The notes beneath the pieces are model-generated. The model searched no databases and was not told where the DNA came from. It worked only from the letters and a program-made list of their open reading frames with translations. Shown here piece after piece: positions 23,446 to 34,615 of a stretch of DNA of 64,000 nt. The stretch spans positions 256,001 through 320,000 of the forward strand of contig CAWIBO010000003.1 of assembly GCA_963834385.1 (NCBI GenBank), in the 5' to 3' direction. The translations under genes and the position numbers were made by a program. This DNA comes from an uncultured Verrucomicrobiae bacterium. Lineage in GTDB: Bacteria; Verrucomicrobiota; Verrucomicrobiia; Chthoniobacterales; UBA10450. Position 1 is the stretch's first letter. Every line of letters begins with the position of its first letter.

Positions 23446-24799
23446 TTAATCCGCGGTGGCGTCGAATTCCCCGTCGCTCACCCGGGTGCGGATTCGCTGG
23501 CCGGCTTTGACTGCCCGGACCGAGCGGATGATTTCGCCCTGCGCGTTTAGCGTTACGCTGTAGCCGCGGCGTAAGGTGGCTTCCGGGCCGAGCAGGCGCA
23601 GGGCCGCTTCCACCCGTGCAAACTGCTCGCGCTTTTTCTCCGCGGCATGCGCGGCCAGATCGTTCAGTCGCCGTTGGAAATCGGTCAGACCCTGCCGGCG
23701 CGCCTGCAACTCACGCCGCGGGTGATGCGCCCGCACCGTCTGCCCCAGTTGCCCCAGCACGCGCCGGGTCTGGGCCAGGATCTGCGGCGGACACCGCCGC
23801 AGCGTCTCCTGCGCCAGGTCCACCCGTTGCCGCGCGTCGCGCAATCGGGCCATGACCTCGCGGGCCATGGTCCGCTCGGACAGAAACCGCAGGCGCGTTC
23901 CCTCGGTCTCGAGCGCCCGCCGGGCGCAGCGCTCGAGCGCCACCGCCAGTTCGCCCGAGGCGCCGTCTTACCCCGGCGATGTCGGCCACGATGAGTTCCG
24001 CCGCCGCACTTGGCGTCGGCGCGCGCAGGTCGGCCACGAAATCGGCGATGGTGAAATCGATCTCGTGCCCGACCGCGCTCACCACCGGCAGCCCCGAGGC
24101 GAAGATGGCGCGCGCCACGATCTCTTCGTTGAACTCCCAAAGATCCTCGATGCTTCCGCCGCCCCGGGCGAGCACGATGAGATCGACCGGCTGCCATGGC
24201 GTCCCCGCCCGGTTGAATTCGTGGATGGCCGCGGCGATCTCGGCCGCCGCCCCCGTTCCCTGGACCCGCACCGGGTTGATCAACACCTCCACGTTCGGTG
24301 CGCGCCGGCTGAGAACGTTGAGCATGTCGCGAATGGCCGCCCCGCTCGGCGAGGTGACGATGCCGATCCGGCGGGGAAACTTCGGCAAGGCGCGTTTGCG
24401 GGCCGGGTCGAAAAGGCCTTCCGCTTCGAGCCGACGCTTGAGCGCCTCGAACTTTGCCTGGAGCAGGCCGAGGCCGCGCGCCTGCACGATCTGCACGCTC
24501 AACTGGTACTGGCCGCGCGCCTCGAAAACCGTGATCTGCCCGAAGACCTGCACCTGCGCGCCATCGCTCAAAGGTGGGGAACCGGGAGGCAGGGTGTCGC
24601 GAAAGATCACGCACGAGATCTGGGCGCGCTGGTCCTTGAGGGTGAAATATTGGTGGCCGGAGGCGTAGGCCCGGTGATTCGAAATTTCGCCCTGCACCCA
24701 GACGCTGCCAAAACGCGTCTCCAGCAGGCCGCGGATCGAGCGGGTCAGCTCGGCCACGGTGAGGACCTTGGCGGAACTGCCAAAAAGATCAGGGCTCAT
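23446..24799 (-). CDS. xseA: Exodeoxyribonuclease VII large subunit (apparent frameshift at ~23955, probably a sequencing error)
   Basis: [39 protein letters not shown]. Removing one base joins the C-terminus containing LRRGYS. Confidence 0.93.
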
Positions 24800-24858
24800 G
24801 CTTCGGGACGGAGTGTAGCGCAGGGAAGGACATACGGGTAGATGCCGCTGAAGGGAAA

Positions 24859-24947
24859 TCCGCCGGGGACGGCGGACGCGACAGCGTTTGCACGACGGGA
24901 GAACGTCACCTGCGAAGCGACGCTGTAGCGTGCGCTGTCCGGAGGCG
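24859..24947. repeat. REP-like inverted doublet (REPIN-like hairpin)
   Basis: Arms 24867-24887 and 24920-24940 are reverse complements at 18/21. GTAG/GTCG heads. Internal stem TCCGCCG-GGGA-CGGCGGA. Confidence 0.6.
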
Positions 24948-25085
24948 TTCGGGCTTGAAACAAGATTTACGCTGTCACAGCTGTGACAACCAGAGACAAA
25001 AGAAACCTGAAAGCGGCTGTCGACGTGATCGTAAGCGGCTTACGATGGATATCAGGCGCAGGGCGAGGCTGCGGGTGATGGCCGC

Positions 25086-26084
25086 TCAAAGAAGCTGTTC
25101 CTGCATTCCGGCAGGCGGTTTTAATCCGAGCTTGCGATAGGCGGCCGGCATGGCCACGCGGCCCTGCGGCGTCCGCTTGAGATACCCTTCCATGATCAAA
25201 TACGGCTCGTTGACCTCCTCGAGCGTGCCGGCTTCCTCGCCGATCGCGACCGCGAGCGAATTCAAGCCCACCGGCCCCCCGTTAAATTTGTGGATGAGTG
25301 CCTCAATGATCCGCTTGTCCCACTGGTCGAACCCGTCGCGGTCAATTTCGAGCATGGCCAGCGCCTGGTCCGCCACCTTGTCGGTGATCCGGCCGTCCGC
25401 CTTCACCTGGGCGTAATCGCGCACCCAGCGCAGGAGATTGTTGGCCGTGCGGGGCGTGCCGCGGGCGCGCGCCGCGATCTCGACCGCGCCGCCGGCCTCG
25501 ATCTCCACCCCGAGCAGGCCGGCGCTGCGAGTGATGATCTTCTGCATTTCTTCCGCCGCATAATAATCGAGCCGGGCGGTCATGCCGAAGCGGGAGCGCA
25601 GGGGCGAACTGACCATGCCCGCGCGGGTGGTGGCGCCGATGAGGGTGAACTTGGGCAATTGCAGGCGCAGGCTGCGCGCCTGCGGCCCCTGGTCGATGAT
25701 GATGTCGAGCCGGTAATCTTCCATCGCCGGGTAAAGGTATTCCTCAATGGTCGGCTGCAGCCGGTGGATCTCGTCGATAAAAAGCACATCGCCTTTTTCC
25801 AGCGAGGTGAGAAGCCCGGCCAGCTCGCCTGCCTTCTCGATGACCGGGCCGCTGGTGTTTTTGACATTCACCCCCATGGCGTTGGCAATAATGTTGGCCA
25901 GGGTGGTTTTTCCCAGGCCGGGGGGGCCGCTCAGGAGAATGTGCTCAAGAACGTCACCGCGCCGCCGGGCTGCTTCCACAAGGAGTTCGAGGCGTTCGCA
26001 CACTTTGCCCTGCCCAGTGAACTCACTGAACATGGGCGGCCGGAGGGAGACCTCGAAGGCGGGATCAGGCTCGGCCGGTTTCAC
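25086..26084 (-). CDS. ruvB: Holliday junction DNA helicase RuvB
   Basis: [37 protein letters not shown]. Confidence 0.98.
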   Translation of the reverse strand: MKPAEPDPAFEVSLRPPMFSEFTGQGKVCERLELLVEAARRRGDVLEHILLSGPPGLGKTTLANIIANAMGVNVKNTSGPVIEKAGELAGLLTSLEKGDVLFIDEIHRLQPTIEEYLYPAMEDYRLDIIIDQGPQARSLRLQLPKFTLIGATTRAGMVSSPLRSRFGMTARLDYYAAEEMQKIITRSAGLLGVEIEAGGAVEIAARARGTPRTANNLLRWVRDYAQVKADGRITDKVADQALAMLEIDRDGFDQWDKRIIEALIHKFNGGPVGLNSLAVAIGEEAGTLEEVNEPYLIMEGYLKRTPQGRVAMPAAYRKLGLKPPAGMQEQLL

Positions 26085-26094
26085 TGCGCCCTTG

Positions 26095-26493
26095 TTAACG
26101 CAGGTTCTTGGTTAATACCAGTTCGGTCCCGCGCTTCCGCAGAATGTAGTCCACCTTGTCAAAGGCGTTGCGGATCAGGTGCAGGCCAAGTCCGCCCGGT
26201 TTGATCAGGTCGCGCGGCCGGCTTTGCAGGGCCTTGAGCGGCGCCTGCCGCCCGTAGTCGCGCACCCGCAGGCGCACGCAGTCGCACTTTCCCTCAAGGG
26301 AGAGGGCAATCGGCTGGTCGTCCCGCAGGGAATAAGCGTAGCGGATGATATTGGTGCAGGCCTCGTCCACCCCGAGGACCATCAGCGTCCGCTCCTTTTC
26401 CGAGAGCGGGTAGGGCTCGAGGAAGCGGCGAACGAAATTTCGCATGAGCGCGAGGTTGCCGGTATGGCTGCTGAATTCGATCTTTTGTTTCAC
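26095..26493 (-). CDS. RsbW-like anti-sigma/Ser kinase (HATPase_c_2)
   Basis: [13 protein letters not shown]-box, [11 protein letters not shown]. Start uncertain. Confidence 0.88.
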   Translation of the reverse strand: MKQKIEFSSHTGNLALMRNFVRRFLEPYPLSEKERTLMVLGVDEACTNIIRYAYSLRDDQPIALSLEGKCDCVRLRVRDYGRQAPLKALQSRPRDLIKPGGLGLHLIRNAFDKVDYILRKRGTELVLTKNLR

Positions 26494-26609
26494 CGCTGGA
26501 AAAAGGCTTAGCGAGACCGGGGGGTGGTTCAAGCGCTAATCCACTATTGCGCCCCGAGGCCGCCATGCTTCCGCGATGGACAGGGAGCGAAAGCGTAGTT
26601 CAATTCTCC

Positions 26610-27410
26610 ATGCGCAAACTCCTCGTTCTGCTCCTTCTCTGCGCCACCGGCGCCTCCGCCCAGGAGGAGGGAAACCCCACCGCCTACGAGGCCCTGCGCG
26701 TGGTCGGGACCAAGCATGGCCGCGCCGCCCTCAGCCGCATCGTTTCCGTCACGGGGATGCACGGAACCCCGCAACCGGAGACGTGGAACGTGCTCCTGGA
26801 GGATTCCCGGGCACCCGGCGGTGTGCGTGAAGTGGAGGTCAAAAATGGTCGTATCCGGGCCCAGCGCACTCCCACCCGCTCCATTGCCGGCTCGACCGAG
26901 AATGCGCTGATCAAGACGGCCCGGCTCAATCTCGACTCGAGCGGCGCTTACGAAGTGGCGGCTTACACAGCCCGGCATACCTCCTTTGCCACTGCCAGCT
27001 ACACCCTTCGCACCGATGATCGCGGCAACCCGGTCTGGATCGTTGTTTTGCATGACGAACGGGACCGGCAAATCGCGAAGATGCACATCGGCGCTAATCG
27101 CGGAACGGTCACGCGCACCGAGGGTCTTTTCGCTCCGCCCACGCCGCAGGGCGGGGAGGAGGCCCCGGATGACCAGCGTCTGGCCCAGCGGGATAATGGC
27201 AACCAGGATGAATACGACGATGCCTACGGCGCCGCGGCCGAGGATGAAGAGTACGTCGAAGGCGAAGAGGCGGAGCAGGACCTCGATGATGACGAGGACA
27301 ATCCGATCACCCGCGGGGTGAAGAGCATCTTTCGCCAGGCCCAGGAAGGAGCCCGCCGCATTTTCCACAACGCGCGCCGCTCCTTCGAGGATTTCATCAA
27401 CCGTCACTGA
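26610..27410 (+). CDS. Secreted hypothetical protein with acidic C-terminal region
   Basis: Signal peptide MRKLLVLLLLCATGASA and a D/E-rich tail. Confidence 0.75.
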   Translation: MRKLLVLLLLCATGASAQEEGNPTAYEALRVVGTKHGRAALSRIVSVTGMHGTPQPETWNVLLEDSRAPGGVREVEVKNGRIRAQRTPTRSIAGSTENALIKTARLNLDSSGAYEVAAYTARHTSFATASYTLRTDDRGNPVWIVVLHDERDRQIAKMHIGANRGTVTRTEGLFAPPTPQGGEEAPDDQRLAQRDNGNQDEYDDAYGAAAEDEEYVEGEEAEQDLDDDEDNPITRGVKSIFRQAQEGARRIFHNARRSFEDFINRH

Positions 27411-27421
27411 CGGGACGGTCC

Positions 27422-28366
27422 ATGGCCATCCAGTCAGGTGACGATCAGACGGAGCGCTGGCCCGGACTTTCCTGGGAGAAATGGGGTGAAACTTTCACCA
27501 CCCTGCAGCTTTGGACGCAGATCGTCGGCAAGATCAGGCTCGCGCTCACGCCTTGGACGAATCATTCCTGGCACGTCACCCTTCACCTGACCGCGCGCGG
27601 TCTCGGCACCCCGCCTCTCTACTTGGGCGACCGCGCTTTCGAACTCGAGTTTGATTTCGTCGCGCACGAGCTGGTCCTGCGCATTTCCGACGGCACGGTG
27701 GAACGTGCTCCGCTGGAAACATGCAGCGTGGCCGACTTCTACCGGAAGCTGATGAACCTCCTCGCGCGCCACGGGCTGTCCGTCCGTCTCAACACCAGAC
27801 CGAACGAGATGGCGGAAGCGATCCCCTTCGAAGAGGATGTGACTCACTCCCTTTATGAACCGGAGGGCGCCGCGCGTCTCTGGCAGGGCCTCCGGCAGGC
27901 CGACAGAGTTTTTAAAATCTTCCGGGCGCGCTTCTGCGGAAAATGCAGCCCGGTCCATTTTTTCTGGGGCAGTTTTGATCTCGCGGTAACACGCTTTTCC
28001 GGGCGGCCGGCTCCGCTTCATCCCGGCGGGGTGCCCCATCTGTCGGACGCGGTGACACGGGAAGCCTATTCACACGAGGTCAGCAGCGCGGGCTTCTGGC
28101 CGGGCGGTCCCGCTCTGCCGGAGCCGGTGTTTTATTCCTACGCCTACCCGACCCCCGAAAAATTTGCGGAGTGGCCGGTGCGTCCGGCGGCCGCGTATTA
28201 TCACGCCACCCTGCGGGAATTCGTTCTTCCTTACGAGGCGGTGCGCACGGCGGCCGATCCCGATGCCATGCTCCTGGAATTTTTGCAGGACACCTACGAT
28301 GCCGCTTCCACGCTGGGTGATTGGGACCGCGCCGCCTTCGAGGAACATCCTCCGCGCGTGGCCTGA
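27422..28366 (+). CDS. DUF5996-family protein
   Basis: [43 protein letters not shown]. Confidence 0.85.
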   Translation: MAIQSGDDQTERWPGLSWEKWGETFTTLQLWTQIVGKIRLALTPWTNHSWHVTLHLTARGLGTPPLYLGDRAFELEFDFVAHELVLRISDGTVERAPLETCSVADFYRKLMNLLARHGLSVRLNTRPNEMAEAIPFEEDVTHSLYEPEGAARLWQGLRQADRVFKIFRARFCGKCSPVHFFWGSFDLAVTRFSGRPAPLHPGGVPHLSDAVTREAYSHEVSSAGFWPGGPALPEPVFYSYAYPTPEKFAEWPVRPAAAYYHATLREFVLPYEAVRTAADPDAMLLEFLQDTYDAASTLGDWDRAAFEEHPPRVA

Positions 28367-28413
28367 GATTTTTGCGGACATCCCGGCGTTCTCTCGTCCA
28401 CTATCTGCCTTCC

Positions 28414-29946
28414 ATGAAGATTCAGCGCGCCCTTATCTCCGTCTCGGACAAGACCGGGGTGGCGTCCCTGGCCCGCGCCCTGGAACGCAGCGGCATCGAT
28501 ATCATTTCGACCGGCGGCACCGCGGAACTGCTGCGGAAGGAAGGAGTGCCGGTGCGCGAGATCTCGAACTTCACGGATTTCCCCGAGGTCCTCGAGGGCC
28601 GGGTCAAGACCCTGCACCCGCGCGTCCACGGCGGTCTTCTTTTCAAGCGCGGCAACGCGCAACACGAGGCGGAGGCGCAGAAATGCGGGTTCCAGCCGAT
28701 CGATCTCGTGGTGGTCAATCTCTATCCGTTCGAAGCCACCGCGGCCCGGCCCGGTGTCACCCTGGCCGAGGCCATCGAGCAGATCGACATCGGCGGACCT
28801 TCCATGATCCGGAGCGCGGCCAAGAATTACGAGTCGGTCACGGTCGTGGTCGATCCGGAGGATTACGATCTGGTCCTGCAAACCCTGCGCGAGAACGAAG
28901 GGGCCACCACCCTGAAGCTGCGCGAACGCCTGGCCATCAAGGCGTTTATCAAGACGTCGGAATACGACCGCGCCATCGGCACCTTCCTCAACCAGGAACA
29001 GGCCACGGAGGCTTCCTTCTCGGTCTCGCTTCCGCTTGTCTCCCGCCTGCGCTACGGCGAAAATCCCCATCAGACGGCTGCGCTCTACGGTGATTTTGAT
29101 CGCCGCTTCGAGAAGCTGCACGGCAAGGACCTTTCCTATAACAACATTCTCGACATCAGCGCGGCGGCCAACCTGATCGCCGATTTCGACGCGGCCACGG
29201 TCGCCATCCTCAAGCACACCAACCCGTGCGGGGTGGGAAGCGACGACGATCTGCGCGAGGCCTGGGAGAAGGCTTTTGCCACGGACAAACAGGCGCCTTT
29301 CGGCGGGGTCATTGTCTGCAACCGTCCGCTGAACGAGGCCCTGGCCCGCGCCATCAGCGAAATTTTCAGCGAGGTCATCATCGCCCCCGAGTTTGAGGCG
29401 GAGGCGCGGGCGCTCCTGCAAAAAAAGAAGAACCTGCGCCTTATCCGGATGCTCCCCGGCGCGGCCGGGGCCGCTCTGGGGCAGGATGTGCGTTCCGTCG
29501 TGGGCGGCTTCCTCGTGCAGGAGAGCGATCCCCCGGTCGATTTCGACCAGATCCAGGACAAGGTCGTCACCAAACGCGTCCCCACCCGGGGAGAACTGGA
29601 AGCGATGCAGTTCGGCTGGCGTGTGGTCAAACACGTCAAGTCGAACGCCATTGTCTATGCCGCCCCCGACCGGACCCTGGGCATCGGCGCGGGGCAGATG
29701 TCGCGCGTGGATGCGTCGCGCATTGCCGTCTGGAAGGCGGCGGAGGCCGGTCTTTCCCTCAAGAGCTGCGCCGTGGCCAGCGATGCATTTTTCCCGTTTG
29801 CGGACGGCCTGATCGCGGCCGCCGAGGCGGGCGCGACCTGCGCCATTCAGCCGGGAGGCTCGGTCCGCGACGAGGAAGTGGTGGCGGCGGCGGATGAACG
29901 CGATCTCGCGATGATTTTCACCGGCCAGCGGCACTTTCGGCATTAA
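28414..29946 (+). CDS. purH: Bifunctional AICAR transformylase/IMP cyclohydrolase
   Basis: [40 protein letters not shown]. Confidence 0.98.
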   Translation: MKIQRALISVSDKTGVASLARALERSGIDIISTGGTAELLRKEGVPVREISNFTDFPEVLEGRVKTLHPRVHGGLLFKRGNAQHEAEAQKCGFQPIDLVVVNLYPFEATAARPGVTLAEAIEQIDIGGPSMIRSAAKNYESVTVVVDPEDYDLVLQTLRENEGATTLKLRERLAIKAFIKTSEYDRAIGTFLNQEQATEASFSVSLPLVSRLRYGENPHQTAALYGDFDRRFEKLHGKDLSYNNILDISAAANLIADFDAATVAILKHTNPCGVGSDDDLREAWEKAFATDKQAPFGGVIVCNRPLNEALARAISEIFSEVIIAPEFEAEARALLQKKKNLRLIRMLPGAAGAALGQDVRSVVGGFLVQESDPPVDFDQIQDKVVTKRVPTRGELEAMQFGWRVVKHVKSNAIVYAAPDRTLGIGAGQMSRVDASRIAVWKAAEAGLSLKSCAVASDAFFPFADGLIAAAEAGATCAIQPGGSVRDEEVVAAADERDLAMIFTGQRHFRH

Positions 29947-29954
29947 GGAAAATT

Positions 29955-31148
29955 ATGGGAATCGAAAAAGCAGTTCGCGATATCTACCAGAAACGCCCCT
30001 ACCCGGGGGTCAGCGGCAGCATGGTGCGCAAGCCCGAGTGGCACCTCGCACCGGTGGCCTGGATGAAGGCGGTCTGGCCGCCGCTGGCGCGCGCGCGCAA
30101 GATCCTGGTGGCCGGGTGCGGCAGCGGGAACGAGGCTTTCGCCATCCGGAGCAAGTTCCCCGATTGCGAGATCGTCGGCGCCGACTTCAGTCCGCGCCCG
30201 ATCGCGGTGGCGCGCCAGTTGCAGAAGAAGTATTCGAAGCGCAAGCCGATCCGGTTTGTCGTGGCCGACCTGACCAGCGCCGGCTTTGCCGATGCGGTCG
30301 GGACCGGCTTCGATTTCATTTCCTGCAACGGCGTCATCACCTACATCCCGCGGCCGGAGCGCGTCTTTCGAAACTTTGCCCGCGTTCTGAACGACGATGG
30401 GGCGGCTTATCTCGGGTTGAACGGTCGCCTGCATTTCAGTAGACGCTGGCGCGGCGAACTCGATTCCTTCGGCTTTGACCACCGAAAATTCGAGGACTCG
30501 GCGAAGCTGCGCGAGACCCTGCAGTTGCTGGGACGCCTCGATGCCGATCTCACCGGCGTGGCCGACGAGACGGCGCCGTACCTGGCCAGCGATCTTTTCG
30601 GTCCCCTTTTCCATAACCTGCCGCTGGGTGACTGGCTGAAGCCGATTCGCCGGGGGGGTCTTCACTTCGTTAACACCCACTCCGTCAGCCGGCGCCTGCG
30701 CATGGTCCTGAACCATCGGTCGCACCGGCTTCTCTTTCCCCGGTCGCCCGCCCAGGCATGTGAACTGATCGAGCGGCTGGACGAATCGTCCTTCCACAAG
30801 CTGATTGTTTCCCGGCGGCCGCCGCCATCGCCGCCCTGGGAAGAGCCGGACGATTTGCTGGATTGGCGACCGCGTCGGACCCCGCTCTTCACCCTCAAGC
30901 TGCCGAAACCGGGCCCGGACTGGCGGGCGCTCAGGCGTTTTGTCGCGAAGAGCCGGACGGCCAACGCGGTCGTGGAATGGAAGATTCCGCAATGGCAGAT
31001 CGAAATTTTACGGACCAGCAAAGGGAAACAATCGCTGCGCGAGATCATCCGCGAATTCCCGATCCGGCCGCCCAAGGCCGAGTTGCGGCGACAGCTCTAC
31101 ATCTTCTATCTGCTCTCGCTGCTGAACCTGGAGCGCCCGGCGAAATAG
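29955..31148 (+). CDS. Class I SAM-dependent methyltransferase with C-terminal extension
   Basis: YQKRPYP, LVAGCGSG motif I, DFS, FDFISCNGV. Confidence 0.85.
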   Translation: MGIEKAVRDIYQKRPYPGVSGSMVRKPEWHLAPVAWMKAVWPPLARARKILVAGCGSGNEAFAIRSKFPDCEIVGADFSPRPIAVARQLQKKYSKRKPIRFVVADLTSAGFADAVGTGFDFISCNGVITYIPRPERVFRNFARVLNDDGAAYLGLNGRLHFSRRWRGELDSFGFDHRKFEDSAKLRETLQLLGRLDADLTGVADETAPYLASDLFGPLFHNLPLGDWLKPIRRGGLHFVNTHSVSRRLRMVLNHRSHRLLFPRSPAQACELIERLDESSFHKLIVSRRPPPSPPWEEPDDLLDWRPRRTPLFTLKLPKPGPDWRALRRFVAKSRTANAVVEWKIPQWQIEILRTSKGKQSLREIIREFPIRPPKAELRRQLYIFYLLSLLNLERPAK

Positions 31149-31155
31149 GCCGGGG

Positions 31156-32779
31156 TTACGGGGCGGGAGGAACCAGCCGCACGTATTTGTAGGGGTGATG
31201 ATCGAGAATGGTCGGGTGCCAATGCTGCACGCTGGGCCGGATCAGGAAGGCGTGGGTAAAGAAAAAGATCGGAAGGATCGGCGCCTCCTCCAGCAGGATG
31301 GCTTCCGCTTCCTGGAACGCGGCGTAGCGCGCGGCCTGGTCGGGCGCGGCCGCCGCCGCCGCAATCAACTCATCGTAGCGGGCGTTTGACCAGCCGGTGT
31401 GGTTGTTGCCGCCGCCGGTCACCCAGAGATCGAGAAAAGTTCGCGGATCGTTGTAATCGCCGATCCATGTCCAGCGGACGACGTCGTAGTTTTTCTGCCG
31501 GCGGGAATCGAAGTAAACCTTCTCCTCCTGGTTGACCAGGCGCGCTTCCACTCCGAGATGGGCCCGCCACATCTGCTGGATCGCCTCGGCCGTGAGCTTG
31601 TGGTTCTCCGAGGTGTTGAAAAGAATCTCGATCGGCGGCAGACCGCGTCCGCCCGGATAACCGGCCTCCGCCAAGAGCTGACGGGCCCGCGGCACATCCG
31701 ACGGCAGGGAGGCGCGCGCGGTGTAACCCGCGGTATCGGGCGGGGTGAAATGGTGGGCGGGCAGCTGGCCGCCGCGCCAGACTTTTTCGACGATGGCCTG
31801 CCGATCGATCGCCAGGCCGAGGGCGCGCCGGACCAGTTTTTCGCGCAGGACCGGGCGGGTCACGTTGACGCCGTAGAAGTAGGTGCCGAGATAGGGATCA
31901 ATGCGCAACAGCTCCGGGTTCTCGCGCCGGTAACGGTCAATGCGATTGACCGGGATCGTGTCGGTGAGATGCAACTGGCCGGCGCGAAAGGAGCGTTCCT
32001 CCACGTCATTGCTGTCGATCGTGTGAAAGACGATCTCGTTCAGCGCCACCGTGCCGGCGTCCCAATAGGTCGGGCTTTTCTTCACCCGGACGCGCGAGTT
32101 GAGCCGCCATTCCTCGAGATTGAAAGGGCCGTTGCCCACGTAGCGTCCGGGGCGGGTCCAGCGCGAGCCGCGGGCAAAGGCCGGCCCGTGCTGCTCAATG
32201 GTGGGGAGATGGACCGGATACCAGGAATAATGACAAAGCAGGGAAAGGAAATAGGGCGTCGGGTTGTTTAGCGTGATGATGAGCGTGCGCGGATCGGGCG
32301 CGCGAAAGCCGACCTCGGCAAAAGTCGGCCAGCTCGCCCTTGTGAAAACGCTCCGCGTTCACCACCGGAAACAGCATGTAGGCGTAGTCGGAGGCCATCG
32401 CGGGCGAAAGAATGCGACGATAGGAATTGATGAAATCCTGCGCTGTCACCGGGTCGCCGTTCGACCAGCGCGCCTCCGGCCGCAGATGAAAGGTGTAAAC
32501 GCGCGCGTCCGGCGAAACTTCCCAGCGCGCGGCCACGCCGGGCACGGGACGGAGGTCGCGCGGGTCCTCGGTGACCAGGCCCTCGAGCAGCGCCATCATG
32601 ATGTTGGCGGCGCTGACGCTGTTGACCACGTGCGGGTCAAGGTCCTGCACTTCCTTGCCGTTCCCCTTGTGCAGGATGCCGAGGCGGTTGCCGCGTTCCA
32701 CGTTCGATTCCGGGCGTTCGCAGGATGCGACGGCGAAACAGGTCGCGCCAAGCAGGAGGAGACCGCGGGTCAGCTTCAC
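31156..32779 (-). CDS. oppA: Oligopeptide ABC substrate-binding lipoprotein (apparent frameshift at ~32321)
   Basis: Lipobox VASC, LDPH, WSNGDPVTAQDF, GNGPF, WIGDY. Removing one T joins the two ORFs. Confidence 0.9.
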
Positions 32780-32844
32780 AGCGAACCTTCTAGCGGCGAC
32801 AAGTCCCACCGGCAAGGGCGCGACGCCCCCAGAGCGGTCTGCAA

Positions 32845-34576
32845 TCAGGAAAGAACCTCGGTCCGTTCCGCCAACGTTTTTTGTAGGGCATCCCGTTTTT
32901 CCACCAGGAGACCTTCGGTGGCGGCGCGGACCGCCTCCAGGAGATCGGTCCCCTCGCGCAGGCGCGCGACACTGACGTAGTCAGCGCCATTTTCGAGAAG
33001 AAGGGAGGCCTGCGAAAGGACCTCGGCGGTGGCGATGATTTTTCCCGTCGGATTAATGCTCCGGAGAAGGCGGACCAGGCGTTCGTTGGTGATCCCTTTC
33101 AAAACGGAATCGGGCACGGTGCAGATCAAGACTTCCGCGCGCTCCGCGCCCGCGTGCACCAGGGTATCGCGCTGGCTGATGTCGCCATAGATCACGCGCA
33201 CCTTGCGTTCCAGGAGGCCCTCGCGCGCGACCGGGCTGAAATCGACCACGGCGGTGTCGCCGATCAGGTGGGGCGCGTGCCGCTGCATTTCCTCGAGGAG
33301 CGAGCTGGCCGTGCGGAAGAACCCGAGAAAAAGGATGCGCGCCCGGCCGTGCCCGCCGCTGCCGTCGGCATGGGCGTCGTCCGGGACATGATCGAGATCG
33401 CGCAGTCCCCGGCGTTTCAGCCAGGGGATCAGGCGCCGGGCAAAGGTATCGGACTTGGCCATCCCGAAGGTGGACAAGGGCGGCGAGAAGGGCGAAAGCG
33501 AGGGCCACCATGCCCGCGGTGGAAGGGTTGGCCAGGTGACCGGCCGCTGCGCCGAGGGCCACGATCACGAGGGAAAATTCACTGACCTGCCCGAGGTTGA
33601 GCGCGGGGATAAGGCTCGTGCGCAGGCCCTGCCGCATGAGGTAGAGCGGCGCAAAGGTGGAAAGGAATCGCGCCAGCCAGACAAAGGCCGCGAAGAGCAG
33701 AGCCCAGCCCATGAGCGGAATCGTCGGCATGGGAATCTGCATGCCGAGCCCGACAAAGAAGAGCGTGATGAAAAAATCGCGCAGGCTCGTGACCTTGGCC
33801 GTGACATCAAGGGCGTAGGGGAAGGTCGAGAGGGCCACGCCCGCGACCAGCGCGCCCATCTCGCGCGAGAGATGAAGACGTTCGCCGAATTCGCCGATGA
33901 GAAAGCACCAGGCGAGCGCCCCGACCTGGATCAGCTCGGGGGAACGGGCCACCCGCCGGAAGATCACGGGCAGGACGAAACGGCTGACCAAAAGGGTGAC
34001 CGCCACCAGGACCACCACGCGCAGGAGCGAGACGAGCAGGACGGTTGGGGCGAGGTTTTCCAGGTTCGGCTGGATGGCGAGGAAAAGGATCGCGGCCAGA
34101 TCCTGAAGGACGAGCACCCCGAGCGTGATGCGGCCCGTCAGGGTATCCAGCTCCTGTTTTTCGTAGAGGACCTTGACGATGACGACGGTGCTGCTGAGCG
34201 ACGCGGCCACGCCGAGGTAGAGCGCGTCCCAGGCGCCACCCCCGAGCTGAAATCCGAGAAGGCGGAAAAAGAAAATGCCGAGGACCGCGCAGAGGGTGAT
34301 CTGGACCAGCGCGGTCAGGGTGATCGACCGGCCCGCGCTGACGATTTTTTTCAGATCGATCTCCAGGCCGATCATGAAGAGAAGAAAGATCAGGCCCAGC
34401 TCCGAGATGGCGGAGATGTTCTCCGCCGACTCGATCAGTCCCGACCAGGCGGGTCCGAGGGCGAAACCCCCGATCAGGTAGGCGAGGAGGATCGGCTGCC
34501 GAAAATGCTGCGCGACCAGCCCGAGAACCCAGGCCGCGGCAATGCTGTAGGTGATGTCGCGGATCAGCTCATGCAT
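32845..34576 (-). CDS. CPA2/Kef-type cation:proton antiporter with TrkA-N domain (apparent frameshift at ~33479)
   Basis: LLFMIGLE, SLSST, LVLQD, QVSEFS. C-terminal RCK domain with YGD. Confidence 0.9.
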
Positions 34577-34615
34577 GGGAAGCTGAGGCGCGCCGCGGCC
34601 CTTTTCACCGTCACC

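Noticed and set aside
24841..25085. SRP RNA, 6S RNA or CRISPR in the ruvB-xseA spacer
   Set aside because: No SRP domain IV motif, no clear 6S architecture and no direct repeat-spacer pattern.
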